Origin: Balanoglossus misakiensis
Lineage: Eukaryota > Animalia > Hemichordata
DNA: 64,000 nucleotides
Assembly (NCBI GenBank): GCA_040954595.2
Contig: CM082597.2
Coordinates: 5,895,244 to 5,959,243 of the forward strand
Reading direction: 5' to 3'
Each line of letters opens with the position of its first letter. Position 1 is the first letter of the stretch. The notes under the pieces are model-generated. The model worked only from the letters and a program-made list of their open reading frames with translations, was not told where the DNA came from and ran no database searches. Made by a program: the position numbers and the translations under genes. Shown here piece after piece: positions 34,401 through 45,869 of the stretch.

Positions 34401-37400
34401 CAACTGTACCCAGTCAAAGTTTACATTCATTCTCTTCTCAGTGATACATGCATGTACATTGTGTTCAAGTTTGACCTTTTGACCTCAACTCTCAGGTACT
34501 CAGCCGGTACTAGGTAGACCCTGGTATTTGCTGAATCACTGAATTCAATTTATCATGTGACTTTGGTGGCTTGCCAAGTTTTTATAAACCCCCTTAACTC
34601 AGACAAAATTAATGACACTATACTGAACAGTGTGTTGCTATGTGATTACAAGCATTTCGACTCGAGCTGCAAAGATGGCTGCAGCATATCCTGGAGGTTC
34701 CAAGTTAGACAAAGTTCTGAACGAGCTTGGTGAGAATTTCCTCTCCTGTGCGATCTGTCTGGAACTGTTCAAGAAACCCAAAGTCTTGCCATGTGACCAT
34801 TCATTCTGTGAGTCGTGTCTGACAACACTGATGACAAAGAAAGGTAAGCTGAACTGCCCAACATGCAGTACGCCATGTCAGCTTCCTGGTGGGGGTGTGA
34901 CTGAACTGAAAGTCAACTTTTTCATCAACTCGTTGACAGATCTGTATCTGAAAAAGCGTCCTACAGAGAGTGACTCAAAGCCTTCTGTGTGTAACGGATG
35001 TGAGGAAAATGAAGGAACTCACTATTGCATCGACTGCAGTGTGAATATGTGTGATTCCTGCACTAAACCGCACAGAAAAATTCTGAAAGGTCACAAGGTC
35101 ATGACACTGGATGAATACAAAAATACAGAATGGTCAACTCTCCTGAAGCAACAAAAAGTCTTCTGCAGTGTCCATCCTGAAAATGTGGTGAAATTCTACT
35201 GTGAGACCTGTAAGCTTATTGTGTGTACAGACTGTGCTATTACCAAACATCCAAGTCCCAAACACACCAACACAGATCTCCAAGATGCTGCAAATGACTA
35301 CACCAAACAGTTGAGAGATCTGCTGTGTCAGGTGACAGAAAAAGAATGGGGAGCAAAGACAAGCACAACACTGGCCAAACTGAAGAGAGAGACACTGATG
35401 GTCGAATGCCAGGAGGAAGAACAGAAAGTGAGACAGAAAACAGCAAAGGTCATAGAGAAAGCACAGAGGGAGGAGAAACAGTTGATTAAAGAGCTGCAGA
35501 CAAAATATGGACAGAGCGTAAAGCAGACGGAGGCTCTAATAGATGAATGGGAACTGAAACATGGCAACATTGCAAGCCAACGCTGCTACATAGAGACACT
35601 GATGCATCATGGGACACCAGCCCAGATCCTGGCCACCAAGCAGGAGACAATACATCACATGGAGGAAATTATTTCCATGGAGACAGAAATTGATGCCAGA
35701 GTGGACGTGGTGAAATTCCAGCCAGCTGAGGAGACCAAAGATGGAGGAATGCTGGGATTGCTTCGTGAAGATTCAGTGTCAGTAGAGACAAAGAAAGGCT
35801 TGGTGAAGACCATTGGATGTAAAGGTAACAAAGGTGGCCAGTTCAATTGCCCTAATGGTATCAGTATTAACAGACACAGAAACTTTGTCACTGCTGATGT
35901 TGGTAACAAGAGAGTACAAATCACTGACAGGGATGGGAATCACAAATCAAGTTTCACATTCACTCAGTTTGCACAGCCTTTCACACCCATTGATGTTGCA
36001 ATATCAGCTGATGATGAATACTTCATGACAGACATGTATAACAAACAAATAGTTGTGAGTGATGAGAATGGGTCTCTGATCAAATGCTTTGGGAAAGAAG
36101 TCAAGAATCCCCTGCGCCTTGCTATTAGTCCTGTAGATGGAAGTGTGTATGTGAGTGATTGGGATGGAGTGGCCGATTATTCCCTTACAGACAAAGAGGG
36201 TCACTGCATCAGGAAATACACACATGATTGTCAGTACATCAAATCATTTGGGAGTTTTGGCACAGGACAGGGACAGTTCAGAGGGCCTGACTTCTTGACT
36301 GTTGACAGTTGTGGAGTAGTGTTTGTATCAGACAGGAACAACCTTCGCATTCAAGCATTTAATGCAGATGGTGAGTTCATGTTTGCATTTGGAGAATTTG
36401 GTGAAGGTGATGGTAAGATTTATTGGCCAGAAGGAATAGTGGCTGATAAAGCAGGATATCTGTATGTCAGTGATGACAAAAACAACAATGTGCAGAAATT
36501 TGACAACAGAGGTAAATTCATCTGTCGCATTGATAAAGCTGAGGATGGGTTAGATCGCCCAACTGGTGTAGCTGTGACAGATGACATGGAAGTAGTGGTT
36601 GCTGACTGGGGCAATCACTGCCTCAAAGTCTTTGCACAGTGAAAGTGTCACATCTCAATGTATCAACTGTAGTGAAACCTGTCTATAAACCAGACACCAA
36701 TGGGATTGAGAATATTGTTCGCTTTGCAGAGGTGTCTGGTTTACAGAGGGTCTTTCAACATGTGGTTTTACGTGAAGGGCACTGGAAAGAGTGTTCGGTA
36801 TAGACAGGTTTCCCGATCAGACTGAGTTTGGTTTAGACAGATTTTACTGTATTTCACTGAAATAAGGCTTACATGTGAAGGTGATGGCAGAACCTGGATG
36901 CATATATGCCACATTGGTTTGTAGATTAACGGCCCACTATTTGTTTTTTGTTCAGTATTTCTGTCTGTAAATATGAACTAGAGTTCTTATTCCACACTAT
37001 AATACCATTCTAAAATGGCCACTGTTCAATTTGTTGATCAAGGAATTGAATTCAATTCAATTTTCAGCAATAATAATGCTATCTGTACACATATAGGCTG
37101 AACATTTCATCATATGCTGTAGGGGTTTCAACAACAAACTGCAGTTGATACAAACAACAACAAAACAAGCAGACACTTGATGTCACAAAAAAAACTTGAG
37201 ATGAAGACTAATGTATCGCTCAACTTCAGATTGCATCTGAAGTCACGCACATGAAACCAACTGTAGAATGACTTCTGATGGCAAACTGGTTGCCTTAGGT
37301 TCCTATTCTTCTGCAGAGACCATGTGCATACAACACTCTCACAACTATAGTTGACATTTCTGTTGGGATAGACAGATTTCTCCCAAAACAGACATCTCAT

Positions 37401-40400
37401 TGATTCTTATGAGAGAACCCCCAGATTTGAAGGAGGAAATATTTTACCCACTTGTGTCCTTGTCAGCCCGATTGGAAAGATGGCAGCAAACTTGTATTTT
37501 TTTTCCTGACATGACAAATCTTTCCAAAGGGGGGGACATGCAAATCATACAGTATTCACATCAGCTGATATTTTTTATTGAACTGCATATAGAGACTTTG
37601 AATTTTGGGTTCTGAGTATAACCAAGATTACACAATTTTTATACATTTTTGTGGTGTGGGTTTTTTGAGTATACAAGTATGTTTGAAAAGATTTGTATTT
37701 CATGAAAGAACTGTGTCGCAGTCAACAGTGGCAGCAAAAAAGTAATCTACTGATAAAAATATCAGTACATTATTATGAAGTTATCGAGAGTTTTGCATTT
37801 TGTCTGTAACATATTGTGAACATTTTGCATGGTTCATAATTAAAGCAAAGTATATCTGTTGTCCAATTGCTACATTAACAGTTAACTGACTAACAATTCC
37901 ACTGCTGCCAAGGTGACACTGATAACATGTTGTTTATTGAGTATGTCATGACCTCCTTGTTACTGTACAATTTTGGTCAGAAAAAAAATCTACAGTGACT
38001 TTTCACCGACACAAATCTGACTACACCCAGTTGGGGTCAGACCGAAATCAGGACAGGTATCACAAAACAATTAAAACCCCAGTAACTTCCAACTTTGGGC
38101 AATCTTCTCAATATTTTTGTTTTCAGTATCAACTAATGTTTCTTGTTCTTCTCTGTGAGACATAAATAATTTCTCAGTTTTTGGTTTTTCAACACAGCTA
38201 TTTTGTAGTAATCACCATTGTTATTGTTGAAATATGAATTAAAGTCAAGACATCAATTCATTTGTCAACAATAACAGTGGTTGTTACTCATATACAGTCT
38301 TTGTTGAGAAGCTAAAAAATGAACATTTCATAAAGCTCACCAGAGAAGAACAAGAAACTGGATTTGATGCATGAGAGAAAAATACAGAAAAAAACAGCCA
38401 AATTTAAACATTACTGGGGCTTTAACACAACAATTTTATGTCACAACAGATCAACAAAGAAACATCTGAACATTCACTCGTATCTGTCAGTTCTGGACAT
38501 CAATCTTCAGTTTTATTCAGTGCCACTAAGTCTTTAATATTTTGATGTAAACAGACATTTTTTTCTTGATTTTTCCGTTTTTTTAAAGACACATTGTATT
38601 CAGCTCTATAACATGACCGATATTTTGAAGTAAACGGACGACTTTTTTATTTTTCATGTTTTTTAAAGACACATTGTATAATTCAACTATATGACATGAC
38701 CAGTGCTTTTTAGATCACTACATTTATTGAGCATTTCCACCATGTTATTTTTTGTGGAACAGTGTTATCACACTTAGTTGAATGATGAATTCATAGCTGA
38801 GTGTTATAAATATGTCTGTTGATAAATAATTTCAAAATATGTTTTCGGATTTTCTTTACTACAATTCAGAGTACTTCCTTAACCCTTTCACCCCCATTTC
38901 ACTGTGTAAAGGTCCAACACTGCCATTGGAGAACAATGGAGTTAGACCAAACCATGGTGGAGAAAGGGTTAAAACAACTTAGCCTCTTCAGATCCTAATG
39001 TGTGTATGGTACTGTTTTTTAATCCATTTTAGTTTTTGAGCTTTAGCTTTTGAGATTACATGTAATGTGTTGACTGTTATCAGTGGTTTTCTACTTTCAT
39101 GAACTTTAATCAAATTTTCCTGTTTCAACAACTTTTTTGTCATTTTACAGGAAATCATAGAATTCATTATTTGCAACGTGTTTTGTACTCACTTTATTTT
39201 TCTTGACTTTGGTTTTGGCGATATACACTTATAACTCATGTATAATCTGGACTGCAAACATGCAAATTATTGATTATTTGGTTGACGATCGATGGACACT
39301 AATAACTCACAAATCTGGACAATGAACATTACTGAGTTGTTTGGTTGACTGTTTTGAGACCTATTGTATGTTAATGTAATCACCAAGACACTATTTCTGT
39401 CGACTTCAGTACTTATCACATGAACATTCGACCACTTAACTTTAATTTACGACCAAACAGCTTGCAACATTTTTTTGTAACCAGTTTAAATTCCTGTAGA
39501 TTTCTTGATGAGGGGTTTATTATCAGGTCAACAGTGGCCTTGACATAAATTTGTTAGTGGACCACAATTTTTGGTGAAATCATTCATTTTTTTTTTAAAT
39601 AACCAAGAATACAATGTAATCATGTTTAGTTTGTGTGGACTAACAGCTGATACATTTGTTGTGCAAAATTGATGTGGTGAATAAACAGGTTTTCATAATT
39701 CTATTACGTTTCAAATGTTTATATTTTTATAAGAAGCCCCAGTTAATACTTGAAAGTTGGAGTTACTAGAGAATTAACACTTCTGGAGTGACTGTGATTG
39801 TCGCTTCTACAATGTGGAATGCTCTGCCCAATAACATTCGTTCAGCATCAAGCAATCGAGTGTTTAAGTCTAAACTTGAAATTCACTTGCTGGGGTTGCA
39901 GATATAAGGGGAGAACCATTTGATTTCTGGAGGTGGAGCATTTGTGGGAGGGGGTGAAATGTTAGCAGGATTGGTGCAGAGGAAATATCGCAACCTCCAA
40001 TGAAAGGTTACCATAAACGGGTATCGGTTCATTCAAATGCCCATGAAATCGGCGTCGGCGACGTTTAAAAAGCAAATTCAGGAGTACCATATACAGTAAA
40101 CACAAGCTGCTGTGGATGCGCGTAGAGGGCGATGACCCCGTCCCTTTTATACACATGTGAATGCAAAACTGTTTGAGTCGCTGATAAGAAATGTTTACCA
40201 ACTTTTATAATCCCAAAAAGGGCGACCTAACCATGTCACGTGTGCAAGCGGCTATAAACTCTGTGTGTGTGGACACAACACAACTCAAAGGATTAATGCT
40301 CTGTGTTTACCATAGGCAAATAGTGTCTCAAATATTTTCCTGTCTGAACCTGCAGGGTGGTATATGTCCCGTACTTGTGTGAGCAATTGTTTATCCGGTA

Positions 40401-43400
40401 CCTGGGATTGTGAGATTTTCTTAGTCCCCTACCTTCAAGACATCTCTGTTCAAATCACTGACGTCCGTCATCTTCAGTGTAATCTTCCTCCCCTTATCGG
40501 CAATTCCAGACCCCGACTTCACCTCCGACGTCTTGTGCCCGCACTTGTCGCACGTGGTTGCCATGATGACAACCTCCTTGAAATGCGGGATAGCTGTTCA
40601 TATGTGCATTTAGGGAAGACATGTGTGCGAGCATCACTACTTCTGTTACATGTACACAGTCTCCTACTGTGACAAGTTTAAAGGGACAAAGTCTCTCTCT
40701 CACTGCCTTTTTTTTCATTAATTATGTTTGATACAAGACACCATTTATGTTATTCTACATGTGGACATATAGTGAATCAACATTCGACCACAGACAACTT
40801 CCATCCCGTCTGTAAGATATGAGAGTAAAAATCTCGCCCAAATGAATTAATGGTGAACACCGATTAGTCATTTCGGCAAGTTTTTCACTTTCGTGTCGAC
40901 AAGCGGGATGGAAGTTGTGTGTGATCGAATGTTGATTCACTATATATCCACATGTAGTGTAACAGTGTAACATAATGTATGGAAAAAGGGCAGCGAGAGA
41001 GAGACTTTGTCCCTTTAATATCAAATAAACCTTCCTTTGTTTGCCTTTATTTTTTTATGGATGGCAATTCTGGCACAGTAAAGGATACGTACAAGTTTCA
41101 TGTTGGTTTCAACGGGACTGTTACAATTCGAACAGTTTGTCTGAAACACCATGATTTCTCCAGTGACAGCGTCGACACCCGTTTCTTGTCCCAGTGTTCT
41201 TGGTCGCACGATTCCATCATCGGAGGTCGTCAGAGCATTTGATGCGCCGTTGTCATCAGCCTGCATGGATAACAGAATATACGCTGTTACAGGTAATGTC
41301 GCCATGGAGATGCGGCCATCTTGTGGAAGGGCGCCCTCTTTGTCAAAAAGGTTTACATGTTATCAGGGTTTCCAAATAATTTATCAATATTCCCCAACCT
41401 TAGCAAAAACACTAGGTTTAAACAAATATCCAACTGTATACTCACAAGACATGTTCAAATATTTAGCGGGAATGAACATTGCACGCGTTTAAAGGGCCAA
41501 AGTCTCTCTCTCGCTGCCCTTTTTCCATTAATTGTATTTGATACAAGACACTGTTTATGTTAATGTACATGTGGATATATAGTGAACGAGCATTCAACCA
41601 CACACAACTTCCATCCTGCTTGTATGATATGAGAGTAAAAACTCGCCCGAAATGAATAAATGGTAAAGACCGATTATTCATTTGTCGAGTTTTTTTCACT
41701 CTCGTGTCTTCAAGCTGGATGGAAGTTGTGTGTGGTCGAATGCTGATTCACTATATATCCACATGTAGAATAACAAACAGTGTCTTGTATCAAACATAAT
41801 TAATGGAAAACAAGGGCAGTGAGAGAGAGACTTTGGCCCTTTAATTTTGTATACAATTGTTTAAACTTACACCAAAATGGTTGGGGTGAACACATGACAA
41901 TGCACTTACCTCTAAGCCCAACTGTTGGTCTTGTTCGAAGGTTCTGTTGTAGTAACTGATTCTCATTTCTGGATCTTTCTGAGGCGCATGCACATTTTCA
42001 ATGAAACTGTTCCCTGATGGGTCATCAAGCGCCTGCAAATGTCAAAGTGAAATAAAAAAAGCATGAAGAAATAATTAAGTAATGTTAGCAGGGTAAATAT
42101 CAACGTCTCAGATTTGGGATGGCTTTGCCGGCCAGACCTGAGCTGGTGTCATAATTAACACCTCTCCGTAACCCATTGTCTATGGGGCCGAGCCTCAGCG
42201 CCTATACATAAACTCTGTGTGTGTGGACACAACGCGACTCAAAGGATTAATGTTCTGTGTTTACCATAGACAAACAGTGTCTCAAATATTTCCCTGTCTG
42301 AACCTGGTAAATGGGGCCGAGCCTCAGCGCCTATACATAAACTCTGTGTGTGTGGACACAACGCGACTCAAAGGATTAATGTTCTGTGTTTACCATAGCC
42401 AAATATTATCTCTGAAACGTTTCGAATTTTACCCTGTGTGAACCTGGTACCAGAAACTTACATGTGACAGATTTTTTGCCTAAAGTTCTAATTGTAAAAG
42501 ACTAGTAACTGAGAAAAAATTTTTTTCTCCACAAATGGAGACTTACTTACTATTGTAAATGGCATCTCCAGTTTATTGAGTTTCTTCAGTTTTTCAATGA
42601 AACCATCAATTTTGGCTGCTGTGTCAGGATCCGTAGTCTGTTGATTCACAAAAATAACAAAGTATGATGATACTGTAAAACACTTTATTTTCACGAGTCA
42701 AAATTTATCGAGATATCGAGAGAGGCCACTGTTTCGCGAGTATTAATTTTCGCGTTCTCTTATTTCATTCACTGCATTGTTATGTTAAAAAAAAATTTAC
42801 GCGACTTTTTATTTTCACGCTATTTTGGCTCTCGCGTATTTCGCAAAAATTTATTGCTCGCGAAAATAAAGTGTTTTACAGTAGTTTGTGCTGCATCCAA
42901 GACTGGTTGTCAAAAGTACACATGTAAGACTCATCTGTAGAAATCTGTAGACTGACTACCAAACAAAGCAGACATATGTCCCCCTTTGCCAGAATATTTG
43001 AGGGGGATTCAACTCTGGCAAGGGGGGAATGTTATATCTCCATCATTTTAAGGGGTACTGGTCCCCTCTTGAGAAATTGCTAGGGGGTGCCAACATCTCA
43101 ACAGGGGGTGAATCACCCATCCCCCGTCTAGATGAAATACTGCAGTTCAGTAATCGATCCACCTTTCCAGACCCTGTCACAGCTGCTGCTGACTTTCAGA
43201 ACCTGATGCAGGCAATAATCAGAGACCCTTTTACAGGCATTTCATGAAATCTGACTGTAGATTGTACGATAGTTTTCTATTAGTGTGCATATCAGTAGGG
43301 AGTTCAGAATCCAATATGGCAGCCGTACGAACTCTTCACCACAGTAATTCTTTGGAGGTTTTAAAGTCGCCGTTTTTCAAATTTGGGGCGTCGTACAATA

Positions 43401-45339
43401 ATAATTTTAGGCTAAATAACGAAGCAGAGTCATTATCGGTCTATAGAATATGTAAAAACTTCTGTACAGTCAATGCTTCATTAGTACTCCTCCTGGAAAA
43501 CCCCCAATTCGCCGTCACTTGTGCACATGACCCTAAAAGAGTGAAAACCTGATATCAACCACTCACCCTCCTGATTGGCTGTTCTTGTTCTAGGCCAGTG
43601 ACAACTCTATCTAGTACGCCCTCTACAGTTGTCATAATACCTTTCTGTGTGTTAGGAGGGATTTCAAAGTCCAGCTCTGGAATAGAGACACTTGCTGAAT
43701 CAGATTTCACAACCTTTCTGTTCAGATCCTGAAATATAAATAAAACATTTTATATTAAAATTATATTCATTCCTGCAGTATTGCAAACTCGAGAAAGTAG
43801 TTGGTGCCTTGCTCTAAGAAAATGGTATTTTTGAATTGTCCACAATGCCTTACAGATTTCAACTGTTTTTTTTGTACCCCAAAAGACCACGGTTGAAGGG
43901 ACAAAGTCTCTGTCTCAATGCCCGTTTTCCATTAATTATGTTTGATACAAGACACCGTTCATGTTATTCTACATGTGGATATATAGTGAATCAACGTTCG
44001 TCCACACACAACTTCCATCCTGTTTGTATGATATGTGAGTAAAAATCTCGCCAAAATAAATACATTGTAGAGACCGATTATTCATTTTGGCGAGTTTTTC
44101 ACTCTCGTGTCTACAAGTTGGATGGAAGTTGTGTGTGGTCGAACGTTGATTCACTACTATGTACAGATGTATTTCCATCTGTGGATGTACCATGGTGCAT
44201 CTGGACATTCTTACCTTTGCGGTTTTTATCTTGATTTCGTATTTACATCCTTGGTCTTGTATCTTACCACCGGGCTGGATTTCATTGTTGCTATAGTTAC
44301 AGTGTGGGCATTCGAAGGAGATGAGGATGACGTCCTTATAAAATGGTATCCTTGTCAACAATATTTTTGTAATACCCTGTATTCAAATTCACGGAATGCA
44401 TGTCACTAATCCACAAGTGTATATAAGTGTGTATACTGTAAAACACTTAATTTTCGCAAGCAATTAATTTCCGCGAAATATGCGAGAGCCAAAATAGCGT
44501 GAAAATAAAAAGTCGCATAATTTTTTTGAAGATAACGATGCAGTGAATGAAATAAGAGAACGCAAAAATTAATACCGTACTCGCGAAACAGCTGCCTCTC
44601 TGGATATCGCGAAAATTCTAACTCGCAAAAATAAAGTGTTTTACAGTATACACACATGTACTGGTAATCTTAGTATAGTATTGTATGTAAATCCACTTTC
44701 GCCTAATTATACAAAATACATGTACATTGTATTGAAATTCATACATTGTAACTTGTAAGTCCAGGTCAGCTTGTACAATAATGGATCATTTGACTTGAAA
44801 TGCCAAACGAGCGCACCTTGGATTATACCATTCTCTGGCGGCAATTAGGGTAATGCTTATGATTTTATTCAAAATGACCCTATTTAAAACCAAAGCTTGA
44901 TTTAATTTATAAAACTAAATCACTTTAGTCATTTTAAAAACAGTCATAACAGTAACGCTAACCCCAACCCCAATGCTATAGCTACGCCACCCCCAACATA
45001 CCCCCCCCCCCACACACACACACACACCAATCACACACACTGCGTTTCAACAGCTAGTGAGGACAGATCGTTCGTTTTCTTTTCTGTTCGAGGGTAGGGC
45101 TACGGTCCCGCAGCAACTCACACTCATGGCCCAGCAATCGTGATTGTTAGCACATCACATCAATGATCACACATTGGATTTCTAGAAGTTTCTATGTTGC
45201 CATGCCATGACAGAGTAAAACTCACCGTCTCCTCGCAATTCATGCACAGAGACTCCAATTCCGATGCTTCGCGATCTTCCACATCGTCAGCGTCGAGATC
45301 GCGAAAGAGTGGTTTGTTACCGTAGGGTTGTTCGGCCAT
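31422..45339 (-). CDS. ZPR1: Zinc finger protein ZPR1 (eEF1A chaperone), 458 aa, 10 exons
   Basis: Exons on minus: 45339-45226, 44376-44215, 43728-43567, 42637-42551, 42032-41910, 41260-41089, 40593-40433, 32338-32138, 31961-31896, 31550-31422 (1377 nt). Motifs [78 protein letters not shown] and [10 protein letters not shown]. Confidence 0.95.
32389..32743. mobile_element. Foldback MITE family A, full copy with non-canonical TTCA target duplicated on both sides
   Basis: TTCA-agggacaaag ... ctttgtccct-TTCA supports a true 4-bp TSD. Confidence 0.9.
34042..34302. repeat. Minisatellite, 5 x 52 bp, near-identical
   Basis: The unit ataatttgcaatgaatgtttgcaaagatttgtgaaaatacaagaagagacaa recurs with period 52. 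Confidence 0.95.
34675..36642 (+). CDS. TRIM-NHL E3 ligase (TRIM2/3/71-like: RING, B-box1, B-box2, coiled coil, NHL repeats; no filamin domain), 655 aa, intronless, nested antisense in ZPR1 intron 7
   Basis: [21 protein letters not shown]; two B-boxes; NHL repeats [23 protein letters not shown] and RPTGVAV. ATG in good context (aagATGG). Probable acceptor at 34630. Confidence 0.92.
   Translation: MAAAYPGGSKLDKVLNELGENFLSCAICLELFKKPKVLPCDHSFCESCLTTLMTKKGKLNCPTCSTPCQLPGGGVTELKVNFFINSLTDLYLKKRPTESDSKPSVCNGCEENEGTHYCIDCSVNMCDSCTKPHRKILKGHKVMTLDEYKNTEWSTLLKQQKVFCSVHPENVVKFYCETCKLIVCTDCAITKHPSPKHTNTDLQDAANDYTKQLRDLLCQVTEKEWGAKTSTTLAKLKRETLMVECQEEEQKVRQKTAKVIEKAQREEKQLIKELQTKYGQSVKQTEALIDEWELKHGNIASQRCYIETLMHHGTPAQILATKQETIHHMEEIISMETEIDARVDVVKFQPAEETKDGGMLGLLREDSVSVETKKGLVKTIGCKGNKGGQFNCPNGISINRHRNFVTADVGNKRVQITDRDGNHKSSFTFTQFAQPFTPIDVAISADDEYFMTDMYNKQIVVSDENGSLIKCFGKEVKNPLRLAISPVDGSVYVSDWDGVADYSLTDKEGHCIRKYTHDCQYIKSFGSFGTGQGQFRGPDFLTVDSCGVVFVSDRNNLRIQAFNADGEFMFAFGEFGEGDGKIYWPEGIVADKAGYLYVSDDKNNNVQKFDNRGKFICRIDKAEDGLDRPTGVAVTDDMEVVVADWGNHCLKVFAQ
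36668..36851. mobile_element. pogo/Tigger-like MITE just downstream of the TRIM stop; related copy at ~33190-33362
   Basis: Imperfect TIR tagtgaaacctgtcta / tagacagattttactg-TA. Confidence 0.55.
38071..38425. mobile_element. Kolobok-type MITE (TTAA, ccccagtaa TIR)
   Basis: TTAA-aaccccagtaa ... ttactggggct-TTAA with degenerate long inverted arms. Confidence 0.65.
38879..38972. mobile_element. piggyBac-type ~90-bp MITE (TTAA-CCCT...AGGG-TTAA); also at 47472-47563, 53555-53647 and 54073-54165
   Basis: TTAA-ccctttcacc ... ggagaaaggg-TTAA, four similar copies. Confidence 0.8.
39790..39900 (+). mobile_element. 3'-terminal fragment of a CR1/L2-clade LINE ORF2
   Basis: Translates as [29 protein letters not shown], the characteristic WNxLP...FKxxLxxHL C-terminus. 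Confidence 0.55.
40678..41018. mobile_element. Foldback MITE family A
   Basis: TTAA on both sides and family TIRs. Confidence 0.9.
41489..41844. mobile_element. Foldback MITE family A
   Basis: TTAA on both sides. Both termini carry the same variant (agggccaaag / ctttggccct). Confidence 0.9.
42182..42447. repeat. Tandem duplicate (~130 bp) of a dispersed transposon end also seen at ~8750-8858 and ~40245-40352
   Basis: aaactctgtgtgtgtggacacaacgcgactcaaaggattaatg...tgaacctg is repeated. Confidence 0.75.
43893..44160. mobile_element. MITE family A, 3'-truncated
   Basis: Left arm, centre and part of the right arm are present. Confidence 0.8.
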
Positions 45340-45869
45340 CGTTTAAAAAACGACGAGTTTATCACTCAAAATGAAGGAAATGTATCACTTTATGGCATAT
45401 GTTACTGTCACAGCCACTGCGACACATGTGTACATGTGATCTGTGAACTTTGCCCTATGACCTTTCAGACGAACAGACATGCTGGAGGAGAGGTCACAGA
45501 CCTTAAAAAGCCCTTGCATGTGATTGGTTGTCGGAACACTAACGATTTCACAAAAACTGTCGCACTGAAACTAAATTACGGGGTTGACAAAGATATAATA
45601 AATATTTACCACACAGCGTTTCATCATGTGCGTTTGTGAACACAAAACATTATTTATTGGACGAAAAAAATACCAACGTGTATGATTTCATGCTTAGTAC
45701 AACAAGCCAATAGGAGATCGCGTATTATATTGCGAAAGCCCGAGCGATCTCATTAATCTGAACCAATCAGGGTGAAGGGTTTCGGCACATGGCGTTCGCC
45801 GGCAGTGATCGTGTGAAATCAACCTGCTCGTGATAGTTTCAGCGAAGTTTCGACGGGGATCTTGTCGCC
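45340..45869. promoter_or_regulatory. Bidirectional promoter of ZPR1 and TOMM40
   Basis: 530 bp separate the divergent ATGs. The region is CpG-containing and free of recognisable transposons. CCAAT boxes point outwards: ATTGG at ~45523 and CCAAT at ~45707 and ~45763. Confidence 0.75.
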
